A DNA stretch of 64,000 nt from Callorhinchus milii (lineage: Eukaryota), in contig NW_024704742.1 in the NCBI RefSeq assembly GCF_018977255.1, positions 12,464,001 through 12,528,000 on the forward strand. Reading direction: 5' to 3'. Shown piece after piece: positions 52,191 to 64,000 of the stretch. Made by a program: the position numbers and the translations under genes. Under the pieces are notes generated by a model. It was not told the origin of the DNA and made no database searches. It was given only the letters and a program-made list of their open reading frames with translations. How positions within the stretch are numbered: position 1 is the stretch's first letter; every line of letters begins with the position of its first letter.

Positions 52191-52674
52191 AAATGGGTGC
52201 GTCGATTTGCGAGAGCTCCGATTCAACATAAACCTCGGTGTGTTTAAACACTTTGTCAGGGCTTAAACAGGAAGGAGGAATCCAGCTGGTGATTGGCTAT
52301 AGTAGCTGTCATTCATCAAGGAGGGTGGACTCTGAGCGATGATTGGTTGGCCAGAGCAGTCACTCACTTAGATGTGGGGCTCTTGGATAACAGACTGTCA
52401 TAAAAGAGTTCAGGTGAAGAAGGCCATTCAGTTCATTTGATGTCATCCTTTGAGAATACCCACTCTATCATCCTATAACATCAAGTTTTTTTTTGTAAGT
52501 TTAGTGACTGTATTTTCAAGGCAAGTGCAACAGTCAATTGTTATGGTGAACCTTTATAAAGCACTGGTTAGGCCTCAGCTGGAGACTGTGTTCAGTTCTT
52601 GACCCCACACTTTAGGAACATTGGGTGCAAAGGAGATTGACCAGGATGGTACCAGGAATGAGAGGACTTTCTTT

Positions 52675-53523
52675 AGTTGAACATCAACAAGACTGAAGCC
52701 CTCCTGATTGGTTCCCATCAGTGCCTCCATTCCTCAACATCACCATCCAAGGATGCATACTCCACCTTACTAAGCCAGTCAGGAACCTTGGCATCTTGTG
52801 TGACCCTCAGCTATCCTTTCTACCCACATTTGTGCCATGACCAGCTCTGCCTTCCCCACCTCTGCAACATCGCCCGGCTCCGCCACTGTCTCACACAGCA
52901 GGCCGCCAAAACCCGCATACACACATTCATAACATCCAGGCTTGACTATGCAAACTCCTTGCTTGTCGGCCTCCCCAACTCCTCTCTCCGTAGGCTGCAG
53001 ATCAGCCAGAAATCTGAAGGCCATGTCCTCTCCCGCACCGGGCTCCGCAACCCGATCAGTCCCATCCTCACCCAACTCCACTGGATTTCCGTCACACAGA
53101 GGATACAGTTCAAGAACCTGGTCCTCACCTTCAAAGCCCTCCATGGCCTCACTCCCCATACCCCTGCAATCTCCTAACACTCTACCAATCTCCCCGCTCC
53201 CTCCACTCAGTGGGCTCCATCCTGCTTCACGTTCCCCGCCTCACCAGCCCCAGCATTGGCGGGCGGGCCTTCAGCCACTATGCCCCCACCCTCTGGAACT
53301 CCCCGTAGTCCCTCTGCCTCGCCCCTCTCCTCGCCTCATTCAAGACCCATCTCAAGACCCTCCTCGTCAGTCGTACCTTCAATCACCGGCCTTCCCCCTC
53401 CCCATGCCCTCCACCCTCCCCAATCCCGAACCGCAGCTCAGGTCAAAAACACTGACTGTCCAGCACCCTGGGATGTCCTCCCTACGTGAAAGGCGCTATA
53501 CAAATGTAATTTTGTTGTTGTTG
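52675..53523 (+). mobile_element. L2 LINE 3' fragment
   Basis: NINKTEALLIGS...[16 protein letters not shown]...LHWI; (TTG)n tail. Confidence 0.92.
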
Positions 53524-53599
53524 TATCCTGAATGAATGCTTGCTGCTGTTGCTGAATGCTGCCAACTGAAATAGTGTTTTAATTGTCTTTTCAGCTACA

Positions 53600-54031
53600 G
53601 TGGAGTCCTGTAGCTCAGTGGTTAGAGCACTTGCCTCGCAAGTGAAAAGACCCGGTTCGATTCCCAGGCAGGGCAAAATGTTATGCAGGTTTCCTTACTC
53701 CACACGTCTCTGTTTACCTAGCACTAAGTAAGAACCTGGTTGTTAGTTGATTGGTGGGTCGCTTTTCTGGTGATAATAATCCCTTAAAAAAATAATTTGA
53801 TCACCCAATCCACAACTGTTTGCGCTCTGAGACACTATCCTGTGTGGAGGATGCTAAATAAGTGCAAGTTGTTGTTGTTTGTGTGACACTGCTGTGCGCA
53901 ATTGTCTGCCATGTTTTGTCCACAAAATATATAGTCAATTCACTTTACAGTATATTCTGTGAAGTGCTTTGAGATATCTCACAGACATGATAAGGTGCTA
54001 TATCAAATGCAAGGATTATTATTATTATTAT
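53600..54031 (+). mobile_element. tRNA-Deu SINE, long form, interrupted by a short L2 tail at about 53822-53880
   Basis: SINE core breaks at actgtttg and resumes at tgtgacactgctgtgcgc. Confidence 0.87.
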
Positions 54032-54139
54032 TGTGTAAAGGAACTTCCTTTAAATAATCTCTGTAATTGTTTTATTCACCACGTCAATATTAACCCATTC
54101 ATAATTTTGAACACTTCTCTGATCACATCTTGTAAGGTG

Positions 54140-54430
54140 TCAGTCTGGCTCAGATTGAGTCTTATATTTGAGCCCCACATTTCAAGCCCCACATTGGGAC
54201 TTTGAACTCCCAATCTAAGCTGATGTTCCAACACAGTGCTGGGGATGTACTGCATTGTCAGAGGTGCAGTTTTTCAGATGAGATGTTAAATCGAGTCCCT
54301 CTCTCTGCCTGTTCAGGTGGACGCTAAAGATCCCATGGCACAAGTCAAAAAGAGAAGGGAGCTTCTCCTGGTGTCCTGGCTTGACAATTTCGCAAATAAT
54401 GTTAGTCATTCACTTGATGGCTGTTTGTTG
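54140..54430 (+). mobile_element. SacSINE1-like DeuSINE fragment
   Basis: ttcaagccccac...ctgcattgtcagaggtgc...cagatgagatgttaaa...gatcccatggcac. Confidence 0.75.
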
Positions 54431-54459
54431 CTGTACTTGACTGACATCAGTTATCAGGT

Positions 54460-54853
54460 TATGTTAGAGACGCTAGGATTATTCTCCTTGGAGCAGAGAA
54501 GGAGACTTAATAGAAGTTTTCAAAATTATGAGGGGATTCAATAGGGTAAACAAGGAGGAACTACTTCCACTGGCGGGTGGGTCAGTAACCTGAGAGCACC
54601 GATTTAAAATAGTTGTTTAAGGAAATGTTTTCACACAGCGAGTTGTTCGGATCTGGAATGCATTGCCTGAACGGGTGGTGGAACCGATTCGACAGCAGCT
54701 TTTAAGAGAGAAGTAGATAATTATTTGGGGAGGACAAGTTTGCAGGGCTATGGGGAGAGCGGGGGAGTGGGATTGAATTTGATAGCTCTTTTCAAATAGC
54801 CGGCACAGACATGGTGGGCCAAATGGCCTCCTCCTATGCTGTCTGATTCTATG
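54460..54853 (+). mobile_element. CR1 3' end
   Basis: LETLGLFSLEQRR; CR1 3' UTR. Confidence 0.85.
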
Positions 54854-55480
54854 AATTTATGCACACCAATGTCCCACAGTCAGCCATGGAGTGAGTGACC
54901 AATTTTATCTGGGGCGTGTTGGCCAGTAGAATCATTGTAGTCTCTGCATTCAAATACAGAGACTTGTCTCTGAACTTCGCTGTTAAATTTAGGTACAATT
55001 TATTTAATTCATTCTCTCTACAGTTTATAATTTGCAGATGTGATGGATGATAATGCCTCAATTTTAAAAGAGAGACACAAGAAGCAAGCATGAAGTGACC
55101 CGAGCACACAATTTGAACTAGGGAATTAACTAAAGGAGGTGTCGCCAAGAGAAAACTGCATCAAAGTAACAAAAAGTCACAACAGTGAAACTAAATTGTT
55201 ATTTATTCCATGAAAAGAATGTGCTTCGGTTAGCTTAGAGATCCACTGCCAGTCTGCCAGTGGGAGTTTGTTCATTTTGATGGCTAGGTATATGAGCAAC
55301 ATTAATCTCACATCCAGTTTGTCAAGATTGAACTTTAGCTATAGACTGGCAATGAGTCTACAGTCTTTAAACATTCTTTTAAGAAGCTGGAAAATCTCAC
55401 AGCCAAACTACACAGTCACCACATTTTACAGTAAACCCTGTGAAGCGCTTTGACACAACCTAAAACATAAATACATACAT

Positions 55481-55806
55481 GTGGAGTCCTGTAGCTCTGT
55501 GGTTAGAGCACTCGCTTTGCAAGCGAGAGACCTGAGTTCAATTCCAGGCAGAGGGCGAAACCTTGGGCAAGTTTCCTTACTCCACACAGAGCCTAATAAT
55601 AATCCCTCCAAAACCAAAAACAATAATAAATTGGTCATTTTCAATCTACGACTGTTTGTGGGACATTGCTGTACGCAATTGGCTGCCGCGTTCGCCCATA
55701 AATATATACAGTCAATTCACTTTACAGTGTGTTCTGTGAAGCGCTTTGGGACGTCCTCCCGACGTGAAAAGCACTGTATCAAATGCAAGGATTATTATTA
55801 TTATTA
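55481..55806 (+). mobile_element. tRNA-Deu SINE, short young form
   Basis: Near identical to 2357-2680 and 3826-4116, including the acacagagcc diagnostic. Confidence 0.93.
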
Positions 55807-56397
55807 AGTTTATAGCCTAAGACTCACTATGATGGATGGTGTAGCAATTCAAAGCGGTTGCCCTTCGGATGAGATGTTAAACCATGAGATGTCTGCTTGT
55901 TCTTTAGGTGGGTGTAGAGAGACACCTTGGCACTACTCAAGAAGAAAAGTGAGTGTCTCCCCAATTATAATTATAATTATAATCAAGATAGATTTGTCAT
56001 TCACCTTAAGGCTGTTTGTTTGTGGTACTTTGCAGTATGTAAAAACGTTTGTCTACAAAAAGGTCAATACGCTTGACCATAATTACTGGGAAAGTGCTTT
56101 GAGATGTTTCATAAGGTTCTATAAAAATGCTAATTCTTTCAACTATCTTGCCTCATTGTAGACCTGCCTGGCTGGTAAGAATTTCTCTTCAACAGCAGAA
56201 AGCCACAAACCCCATTGAAATCCAGTGAAATCCCTTTTATGACACTTTTCTCTAACCCTCATCAATATTCTCCTTCAACTCACTGCCATCAAAAGGGCAT
56301 CTAATGACATTTACATGAAAGCACATCATTTATTAGACATTCTGGGGATTAGGATTACAGCTTCTTTGAGTGAGTGAGTTTAGAGTCCATTTTTATT

Positions 56398-56988
56398 TGC
56401 TCAGCTGAATGTCTGAGAAATGCAGAAACCCATCACCACGCTTATAAGTATCCAAACCAGACAAAGAGTTTCATGCATCCTACCTACACATGGAAATTTC
56501 AGAGATATTTATTGGAATTGAATGTGCACTCTCTCCATGGATGGATGCATCCTGCTTACCTAATTCAAGAAAGTATTAGGCGCAGGTTGGCAAGAGCCAA
56601 GGCTTGGGGACCCCAGAGTGTGGATTGGGGTATCTGCTGGAGTCTAACCAGCTAAAACCACATAGCTCGCCAATGAGAGCACTGCCTGGAAACCCTCTGC
56701 TTGTCCAGCTAGGACCACCCTACCCATTAGGGCTTTGGTTTGCAGGATTAATCGGAGCTGAGTGGGAGGTTCCCTACCCCCAGTGACAGTTTTGCTTTTC
56801 CAATTCCTGTCAATAAGCCAGGCTGACTGATCTGCCATCAGCAGTGCCCTGGAATACCACCTTGCTCAGGAACGGGACTGCCAAGACCGCCACCGAGGGC
56901 TGGTTCCGTTCCAACACTCTCAGTCTAGTTTGGATACTCTTAAGGATGGTGACAGGTTTCCACATGTGTCAGACGCCCAGATGACCAA
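56398..56988. mobile_element. Unclassified ~590-bp element with ~65-bp terminal inverted repeats
   Basis: Left tgctcagctgaatgtctgagaaatgcagaaacccatcaccacgcttataagtatccaaaccagac aligns with reverse complement of right end tggtcatctgggcgtctgacacatgtggaaacctgtcaccatccttaagagtatccaaactagac; partial copies occur elsewhere in the window. Confidence 0.7.
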
Positions 56989-59900
56989 AACAAAGGCTCC
57001 AAGTAAGTGATTTGTTCTTTTCCAGAATCTGGCATTGCCATTTTTTGTTGGCCATCAGGTAAGCACTTTTTATTTTAGGCCATATGAGTTGCAAGTTGGT
57101 TTTTTTGAATAGTGTGTTCCCAGAGCTGATCTACCAAGGAGCACTGAAAACCATGCTATTTCGATATTTGACTTCTTGAATTTCAGGCCCGGAGTGTCTA
57201 ACGTCTGATAGTCACAATGGGGTAGGTGGAGTGGGGAGGGGCAGGATAGAGAAGCATTAATTTGAGTCTCCGTGGTCAGCCTGAGGATATATTGGAGCTG
57301 GTGATCTCCAGCAGGTTTTGGTGGGATGAAAGACTGGGTGCAGTTCAGATGGTTTGCGGCTGTGTGAGCAATGGCATTTCACAGGTTAGTCTTTTTCACA
57401 CTGTGGCACCCATCACCTCCCACCCCTTTTGCAAATATCGTAAAATCAGACACCAATGCATAATAACATTCCAGTTTTGTCAGACCAGCAAACCAGTGCA
57501 AGGTAGAATTCCGATTCATCTGTACTGATGATATTAAGCCTTCAGCTACTCTGCCTTTCCAAGACCAGTCAATGAGCGAAACTACTTGTCCTCTGAAATT
57601 TCCTCCCTCAACCCTTCCATCTCACCTGCGCTCTGGCAAACAATCCCCCTAAAATCCTTGGTCATTCACTTCATTATTTTATTATTATTATTCATTGTTT
57701 CATGTCATATACACTGTAACTTTACAATAAATCCCATGGAGCACTTTAACATACCATGAAAAAACACATTTATTAAATGCAAGGATCATCATTATTATTA
57801 ATATATATATTCAAACTCTGCATAAAAATCCTCCTCCCGTCCTACCCTTATGCCTCATACTGGTTTTCCAGAAGCATCTCTGCAAACACTCCAAGATATT
57901 TCTCTACATGGAGGGCACTATATGTTTGTTGTTGTATTGCAACTTGACAAGACCATTTACACATGGTTAAAATATCCCTCACGTTGTGAACACAGGAATA
58001 TGAGTGGTTACTTTCAATTACTTGTTCACTCACCCAGGTCTATCACTATGTGAAATGGATTACCCAGGATGTAGTGAAGGGAGACTGTCAGATTATTTAC
58101 ACGAAAATTAGACAGGTGTTTGGCAAAGAAAACCGCTGATGGGTTTGGGACCGAATAGTGCAGGATTATTTATTATTTTACTTTAGAAATGATCTTTGAA
58201 AGCCTGCACCTTGCAATGGAGATGATCTGATGGAAGATTGGAGTAGCAATTTATAGGATTAGACCTTCTGCTTCCTTTCTCCAGTAGAAGTTTTTTTTAC
58301 TCGGTTTATTAATTTTGTTCCAGAGCTGCCAAATAGTACTTCAATAGATCCTCAATGCTCAGGCAATGGTTGGAGAGAGAAAGATGATAGGCTCCAACAT
58401 CTGTTTAGACATCTAATTATCTTCTCAGCACCTCATGCCAAGGTCAACAGATTTGGATCAAACCAGATTGCTGGGGCCTGGTATTCTTCTCACTTAGGCT
58501 CCTGTTACCCTTGCAAGTCAAAGCTCTAACAGTGGTCTTAACTGAACAATCAGAAGGAAGCTCCTTGTGATGGCAAGCTGCATAGTTAATCCATAGATTT
58601 TCAATACTCAGGTTATGGTTGGAATGGGGATTGAAAGTGTTTAGCTGATTAAACTCCAGAACTACTAATACGCATGACTACACTTGACAGTAAATCCTGT
58701 GACGCACTTTGAGACATCCTCCTGATCTACCAAATGTAAGAATTATTCCTATTGTAACACACACTCTGTACCTCCAAGGCTTGATTCTTATCAATTTACG
58801 CTTAATATTTTCCAGCATTAAGTGAGCTGGATGTGTCACACCAGGGAAAAAGTATATTTCAGACAAAGGGACTTGTTTATGCATATGTGGATTTGGATAA
58901 TCTTAAATGTGGCAATGGGTTTCAACATTTGTAAGTCACCCAACTAACCAAAATAAATTCTTAAAATGCCTAGAGGATGGACTTTTACGTTTAATGAGAT
59001 TTTATCTTATTCCAGCTTGATTGAGGGATACAGGAGAGAAAGAGAGAGTAGTATAGGATTATCAGGATTATTTATTATTTAAGACTCATCCTTCTCAAAA
59101 AAGCCTCCCTGCAGAACCATCCTCAGTCTCTGGGTAGAGCTTTCAACTCACTTTGACAGATATTCCAATCAGGCGGGACAGAACTGGCTTTTTCTGTTCT
59201 AAACTGAACCAATTAACACCTTCAATGGTGAGTTCAGTTCTCATTCCATGTCATACTTTAAGGAGGCCTCCAGTCATAATATTTAATGGAGATTCATTCA
59301 TTAAATTTCTTATGACACAGGATTACATGCAATCTGCTCTATTAGATTCAATAATAGAAAACTTAAGGGTCTAAATTTCATGTAATTCTCTATCAAAAAA
59401 ATAAAATTAGTGGTAATTCTGAGGGAATACGTACTTTGTTAAAATACATAATTAAATTTTGTCATAATGTTTTGACATAAAACACCAAAGCATTACCAAT
59501 ATTTATTCACAGTCAACCCTTTGATTTTACTTGAAGTAGGTGGGATTCAGAGCTCATGTAAAATGCATTTTGCACACTTTGGTCTTCCACTCCAGTAATC
59601 TAAGAATATGGGCTAGGAGAAACAGGCATATAGCACCAAACGCTTAATTGGAGAATAATGAGGAATATAAAAGAATTCCAAAATTCCTTTGGGAGTAAAT
59701 GTGATGTGTAGAGAACAACAATCAGGTGTTTGCGTTTCAAAGGATAGTCTGTGAGACAAATGCAGTATAACACTAACATTTGGTCAATTTAACTTTTCTG
59801 TTGAACAGCTTCAGAGCGTAATTCTAGCTGCAGGGAACCGAGCCCAGTACAATTCTCCTTTTATTGCAAATATAGTACGTAAACGCAAATGACACTGACT

Positions 59901-60853
59901 GCTCCTGAAACCATCTCCTCCAAACATTGCATGTTTGATGGCAAATTATCAGCAATATTGGGCAATTTGCTGCTGAATGTGCAATCTGAAGCATTAAATC
60001 CATCACAAAAAGAACAACACCCACCATGTTCCCCTTTAGCAGGAAACCGGATATGTTGAGGATTATTTAAATTAATAGGGCCAGACTGGATGGCACAGCA
60101 GTAATCTTATTTAGAAGTTCAAAGTGGGTATCCGGAAAGATGAGATGTGTTGAAGGATCTTCTTCGTCTGTACCTCTCTTGATATTCAATCAACAACAAC
60201 AACTTGCATTGATATACAGCCCATCACGCAGGGTAGCTGGTGCGTGGTGGTGAAATCCAAACCACAAGATCAATGATTGCGACACAATCGTGGGACATTT
60301 AATAAGAAGCAATTTGCCACTGATCTGCACCAGGCAACGTGGCCAGGCTAGTTTGCAATAGTTTTTGTGTTTCTGATCAGTGCACTCAAAACGTGCTCAT
60401 TAAGAAACCCCTTTAGTTGAAAAGTGCACCACAGCTTGTTTTGAATGTTTAAGTTCACTATTTGTTGCATTAAATCAGTTAGAGTGTATTTACAATAATC
60501 AACATATAAATATTTACCAGGCAAAATGGGATATGTGTGCTGTTCTCTTTCCCCAAAAATGTTTTGTGGAGGGCACAATTGTTCTCCTTCACTTTACCAG
60601 TGATAAATCTTTCTCTCTCTGTCTGCAATGCTGGCACATTACTTAGCAAATTATTTTGCTTTCTAGAAGACATCAATGTGACAACTGCTGCAATCAGTTT
60701 CATACAGAGAAAGCAGCATGCAACCTCACTGCTAATTGTCACTTACATTATCACATACCAACTCTATCCAATGAAGCAGATTAGGCGTCTAAATGTCCTA
60801 GAAAATTATCTGGAGTTGTAGTTATTAGGATGGTTAGCTGGCATTGGAGAGAG

Positions 60854-61728
60854 TGTTAGAAAATAAAATCAGCCATAATCCGTTTGCAACCAGATATTTA
60901 TTATTATTCGTTCGTTATTCCCCAATATCCCGATGGGTCAGACCAAAGGCCGGTACAATCAACAGATCTTATAACAGAATAATACCACCGTAGATATCTC
61001 GAGTTCAACACAAGCTTGATTCTTCATGCTTTCAGTCTTCTTGCTTACAGCTTTCAATCTTCCATCTGATATCCTCAGTCTTAGTGTTTCTATCTCTCAG
61101 TCTTCCATCTCCCATACCCTTGTCTTCGCAGCCCGGGATGGCCCCGTTTCCAAAGTTAACGGAACTCTTATACCGATGTTCATCCAATCCTGGTGCGGAC
61201 ATTAGATCACCTGGCCGAAATCATGCTGGGTTCACGTGAACACCTCATCAGGTGTACTTGCCTCAGCACACATACACATTGTCGCTAAGACCCCTGCTTT
61301 CTGATCTAATTGTCTAAGATAGAGGATTGATCAGTTTAGGGCTGTATCTGGTGCTCATTATTTTGTGGTGTGAGATCATTAGTACATTCCTTTTAAGTGA
61401 CTGGCTATTCCTTATCAGTATCCCGGGATAGTACCAAAGTCCTCTAGTTTAAGCAACTTGCTCATTAGCTGCTATTCTTGAGGGTTGCCTTCTGTCGGTT
61501 GGCAGGCCCTGTCAGAATCTAGCGACTTATTGCTCAGTCGAGATCCTGTGTCGACCGGTACCTTTGACCGTTACCTCTGTGGGCTTGTTGTCATTTACTG
61601 ATAAGAGGTGACCCCCTGCCCCTGTCCGTTATTCTTTCAAAAACAGAGAAAACCAGATGTGTCCTATCCCATGACTGTCAGTCCAATTGTCCCCCACACT
61701 TAACTTAAAAGTTAACCCATTCACAACA
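60854..61728 (-). mobile_element. Probable solo LTR (~875 bp)
   Basis: TGTT...AACA termini; on minus strand ATTGG (61184-61188), TATAAG (61167-61172) and AATAAA (60897-60902) in LTR order; CpG-richer than flanks; no TSD identified. Confidence 0.55.
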
Positions 61729-61759
61729 TCTATTATGATTCTAGCAGTATACAAAAAGT

Positions 61760-62245
61760 GTATATTCTAACAAGAGTGCAGCATAGATTTACTAGGATGT
61801 TACCAGGATTGAGTGGACACAGCTATCAGGAAAGATTGTACAGATCGGAGTTTTTCTCTCTGGAGATGAAATAGTTGAGAGAGATCTGCCAGAGATGTTT
61901 TAAATTTTGAAAAGACTCAATAAGGTGAATGTTAATAGGGTTGCTTTCCCTTATTGGTTAGTCCAAAATAAGGGGGCATAAACATAAACTAGTCAATGGC
62001 AGATCTATAAGGGAGTTTGGGAAGAACCTCTTTATGCAAAGAGTGGTGAGTACGTGAAGCTCACTGCTAGAACTGTGCTTGAAACCAAAAGCATAAATGT
62101 ATTTAAGAGAAATCCCGATGCTTACACGAGGAAGAAGGGAATAGAGTATATAAGTGATGGAGGTTCCTGTAGATTATAAACACCAGCATGGATAGTTGGG
62201 TCGAGTGGTTTGTTTCCGTGCTGTAATGTTCCATGTAATTCTATA
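61760..62245 (+). mobile_element. Old CR1 3' end
   Basis: [17 protein letters not shown] remnant; CR1 3' UTR. Confidence 0.8.
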
Positions 62246-62605
62246 TTTCCTCAGAAGAGGTGAGACTTCATTGGTAGTTTGTTGACACTAAATAACTTGT
62301 TACTTATATACAGTAACTGATTCTAAAAATAACTGCACAGCCACAAATTAAATTTAGAAACAAAATGTGCCCTTGAAAAGTTTTATAGCATAACTGTTTA
62401 TGTGGGGTTAATGTGGGGTTAAAATATCAATCTCCTCACTAGCAGTGTGCTCTCCAGTGCCAGTTCCCATTTCAAAGAGATTCATCTATCAGAGTTTCAA
62501 GCCAGGCTTCAATCCTATACATTAGTGGAGCGGTCTGGTTTGAATACTGGGATGCAGAGCTGTTATGTCAGTCAGTGCAGCACTTTGCTCCACAGTGGAG
62601 AATAT

Positions 62606-62967
62606 AATAATAATAATCCTTGCACTTAATACAGCGCATTATCACGTCTTTGAGACGTCACAAAGCGCTTCACAGAATATACTGTAAAGTGGATTGACTT
62701 TATATTTTGTGGGCAAAACATGGCAGCCAATTGCGCACAGCAGTGTCGCACAAACAATCATGGATTGAGTGACCCCTTTTTTTTGAGGGAGGAATTATTA
62801 CCCCACCGGAAAAGCAATCCACCAAACCATTAACAACTGGGTTCCTACTTACTGCTAGAGGCATGTGGACTAAGGAAACTTGCCCAGTGTTTTGCCCTGC
62901 CAAGAATCAAACCCAGGTCTCTTGCTTGCGAGGCGAGTGCTCTAACCACTGAACTACGGGACTCCAC
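62606..62967 (-). mobile_element. tRNA-Deu SINE, long form
   Basis: Complete head to tail, reverse complement. Confidence 0.9.
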
Positions 62968-63504
62968 AATAGGGGATATACCATTTGCTGCTCAGTGTAA
63001 CACTTTGACACTTGACCGCATTTGCAGTAGTTCTTAATTGGATTTTGTATTGAGAATTTGTCTCCTCTGATTGCTCAGTTGTCAATACCCGTAACTCCAC
63101 ATAAGGTCTGAAATTTCACCTTTCCTTAGCCTATATGACTATTTTGTTTTCAAATTTAAGTTAGGGCAGAATTGTGGAAAATTCTTAATTGAGTCTTAAT
63201 TTTTCCACAGTTCTTCAAAAGAAGTTGCTTCCAAATTAAGACTGATTTTAAAAAAGAGGCTGAAGGGAGGTAAAATGTACGATAATAATTATTCCATCAT
63301 CTGTTGCAGTTTTATCCCTGATGCCTTTGAAACTAAGTAGCTTTTAAATCGGCAGAGCTACAGCTGCATTACATTACCATTCGTTCTATATCTAGTTTTA
63401 CGCTGCCTCTGAGGTTTACTGGACATGGGATGTTTAATCATGGTTCTCCTGCTTTAGGGTGGGTAAGTGGGGTCTCCTTGGAATTGAACTGGCTCCAATG
63501 TGAC

Positions 63505-63750
63505 ATGTTTGGGAGACAGAATATCAGATTCGAGTCAGTCCCCCTTGGCGGTCTCGGTAATCTGGTTCCTGAGCCAGGGGGGGGTCTGCAACATTCCAGG
63601 TCACTGCTGATGACAGCACAGCCAGCCTTGCTCATCGGCAGGACCTGGAAGGGTAGACCAGTGACTGGGAGCAAGGAGTCATCCCACTCAGCTCCTGTTA
63701 ACCTGAAACCCAAAGTCCTAATGGTAAGATGGTCCTAGCTGGACAAGTAA
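63505..63750 (-). mobile_element. Internal fragment of the 56398-56988 TIR family
   Basis: Reverse complement matches about 56700-56920 (cttgtccagctaggacca...gagctgagtggga...tcagcagtg). Confidence 0.7.
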
Positions 63751-64000
63751 CGGGAAAGTTTGTCTGAGTAGCCAGTTTGTCTGAGATCTGTTTGTAGAGT
63801 GTTACCGTACTGAGACTGACACAGAGCACATTCTATACTGATATGCTGCCATTGTAGCTACCACTGATCTCAACCATGGGGAGATGTGAAAAGTTATGGA
63901 GAAGGTTACACTGTTAGGAAGTCATAAGCAGAGTACTGACTCTATAAGACATATCCATAGGAGTCAACCTCCAGTTACAGCCTGCCCTAAGTGAACCTCA

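Noticed and set aside
62323..62332. MEF2-like site CTAAAAATAA in a muscle gene intron
   Set aside because: A single AT-rich decamer is expected by chance, and no supporting cluster was seen.
63600..63660. CTGATGA motif (also near 311) suggesting a hammerhead ribozyme in the TIR family
   Set aside because: No stem II followed by GAAA, and the motif is not conserved in the 9970 and 56835 copies.
44866..64000. Search for TECRL exon 1 (FExEIxDA...LDK followed by gt)
   Set aside because: Candidate donors near 49946, 58208, 61116 and 63118 gave stops or no similarity, so no exon was called.

Overview
Eukaryotic, repeat-rich vertebrate DNA. The repeat set (tRNA/Deu-domain SINEs, abundant L2 and CR1 LINEs) suggests a cartilaginous fish, possibly a chimaera; this is an inference. 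One host gene, missed by the ORF track, lies on the minus strand: TECRL (trans-2,3-enoyl-CoA reductase-like). I traced 11 coding exons by hand, equivalent to human exons 2-12 (44865 down to 3030; sizes 52/45/104/116/106/73/44/58/86/46/128 nt). All have GT-AG boundaries and compatible phases. Exon 1 was not found and is probably beyond position 64000. The main anomaly is an in-frame TAA in exon 7 (14967-14969), replacing the Tyr of the conserved YYINHPLYTPP motif in an otherwise intact gene. This is either a recent null allele/incipient pseudogene or a base-call error. The introns hold young tRNA-Ala-headed DeuSINEs sharing a 3' tail with L2, older SacSINE1-like SINEs, L2 and CR1 copies, a TA-flanked Tc1/mariner MITE, an unclassified TIR-bounded family, a probable solo LTR and a perfect 35-bp-arm hairpin. 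No prokaryotic-type system, CRISPR array or true tRNA/rRNA gene was seen. Repeat boundaries are approximate.
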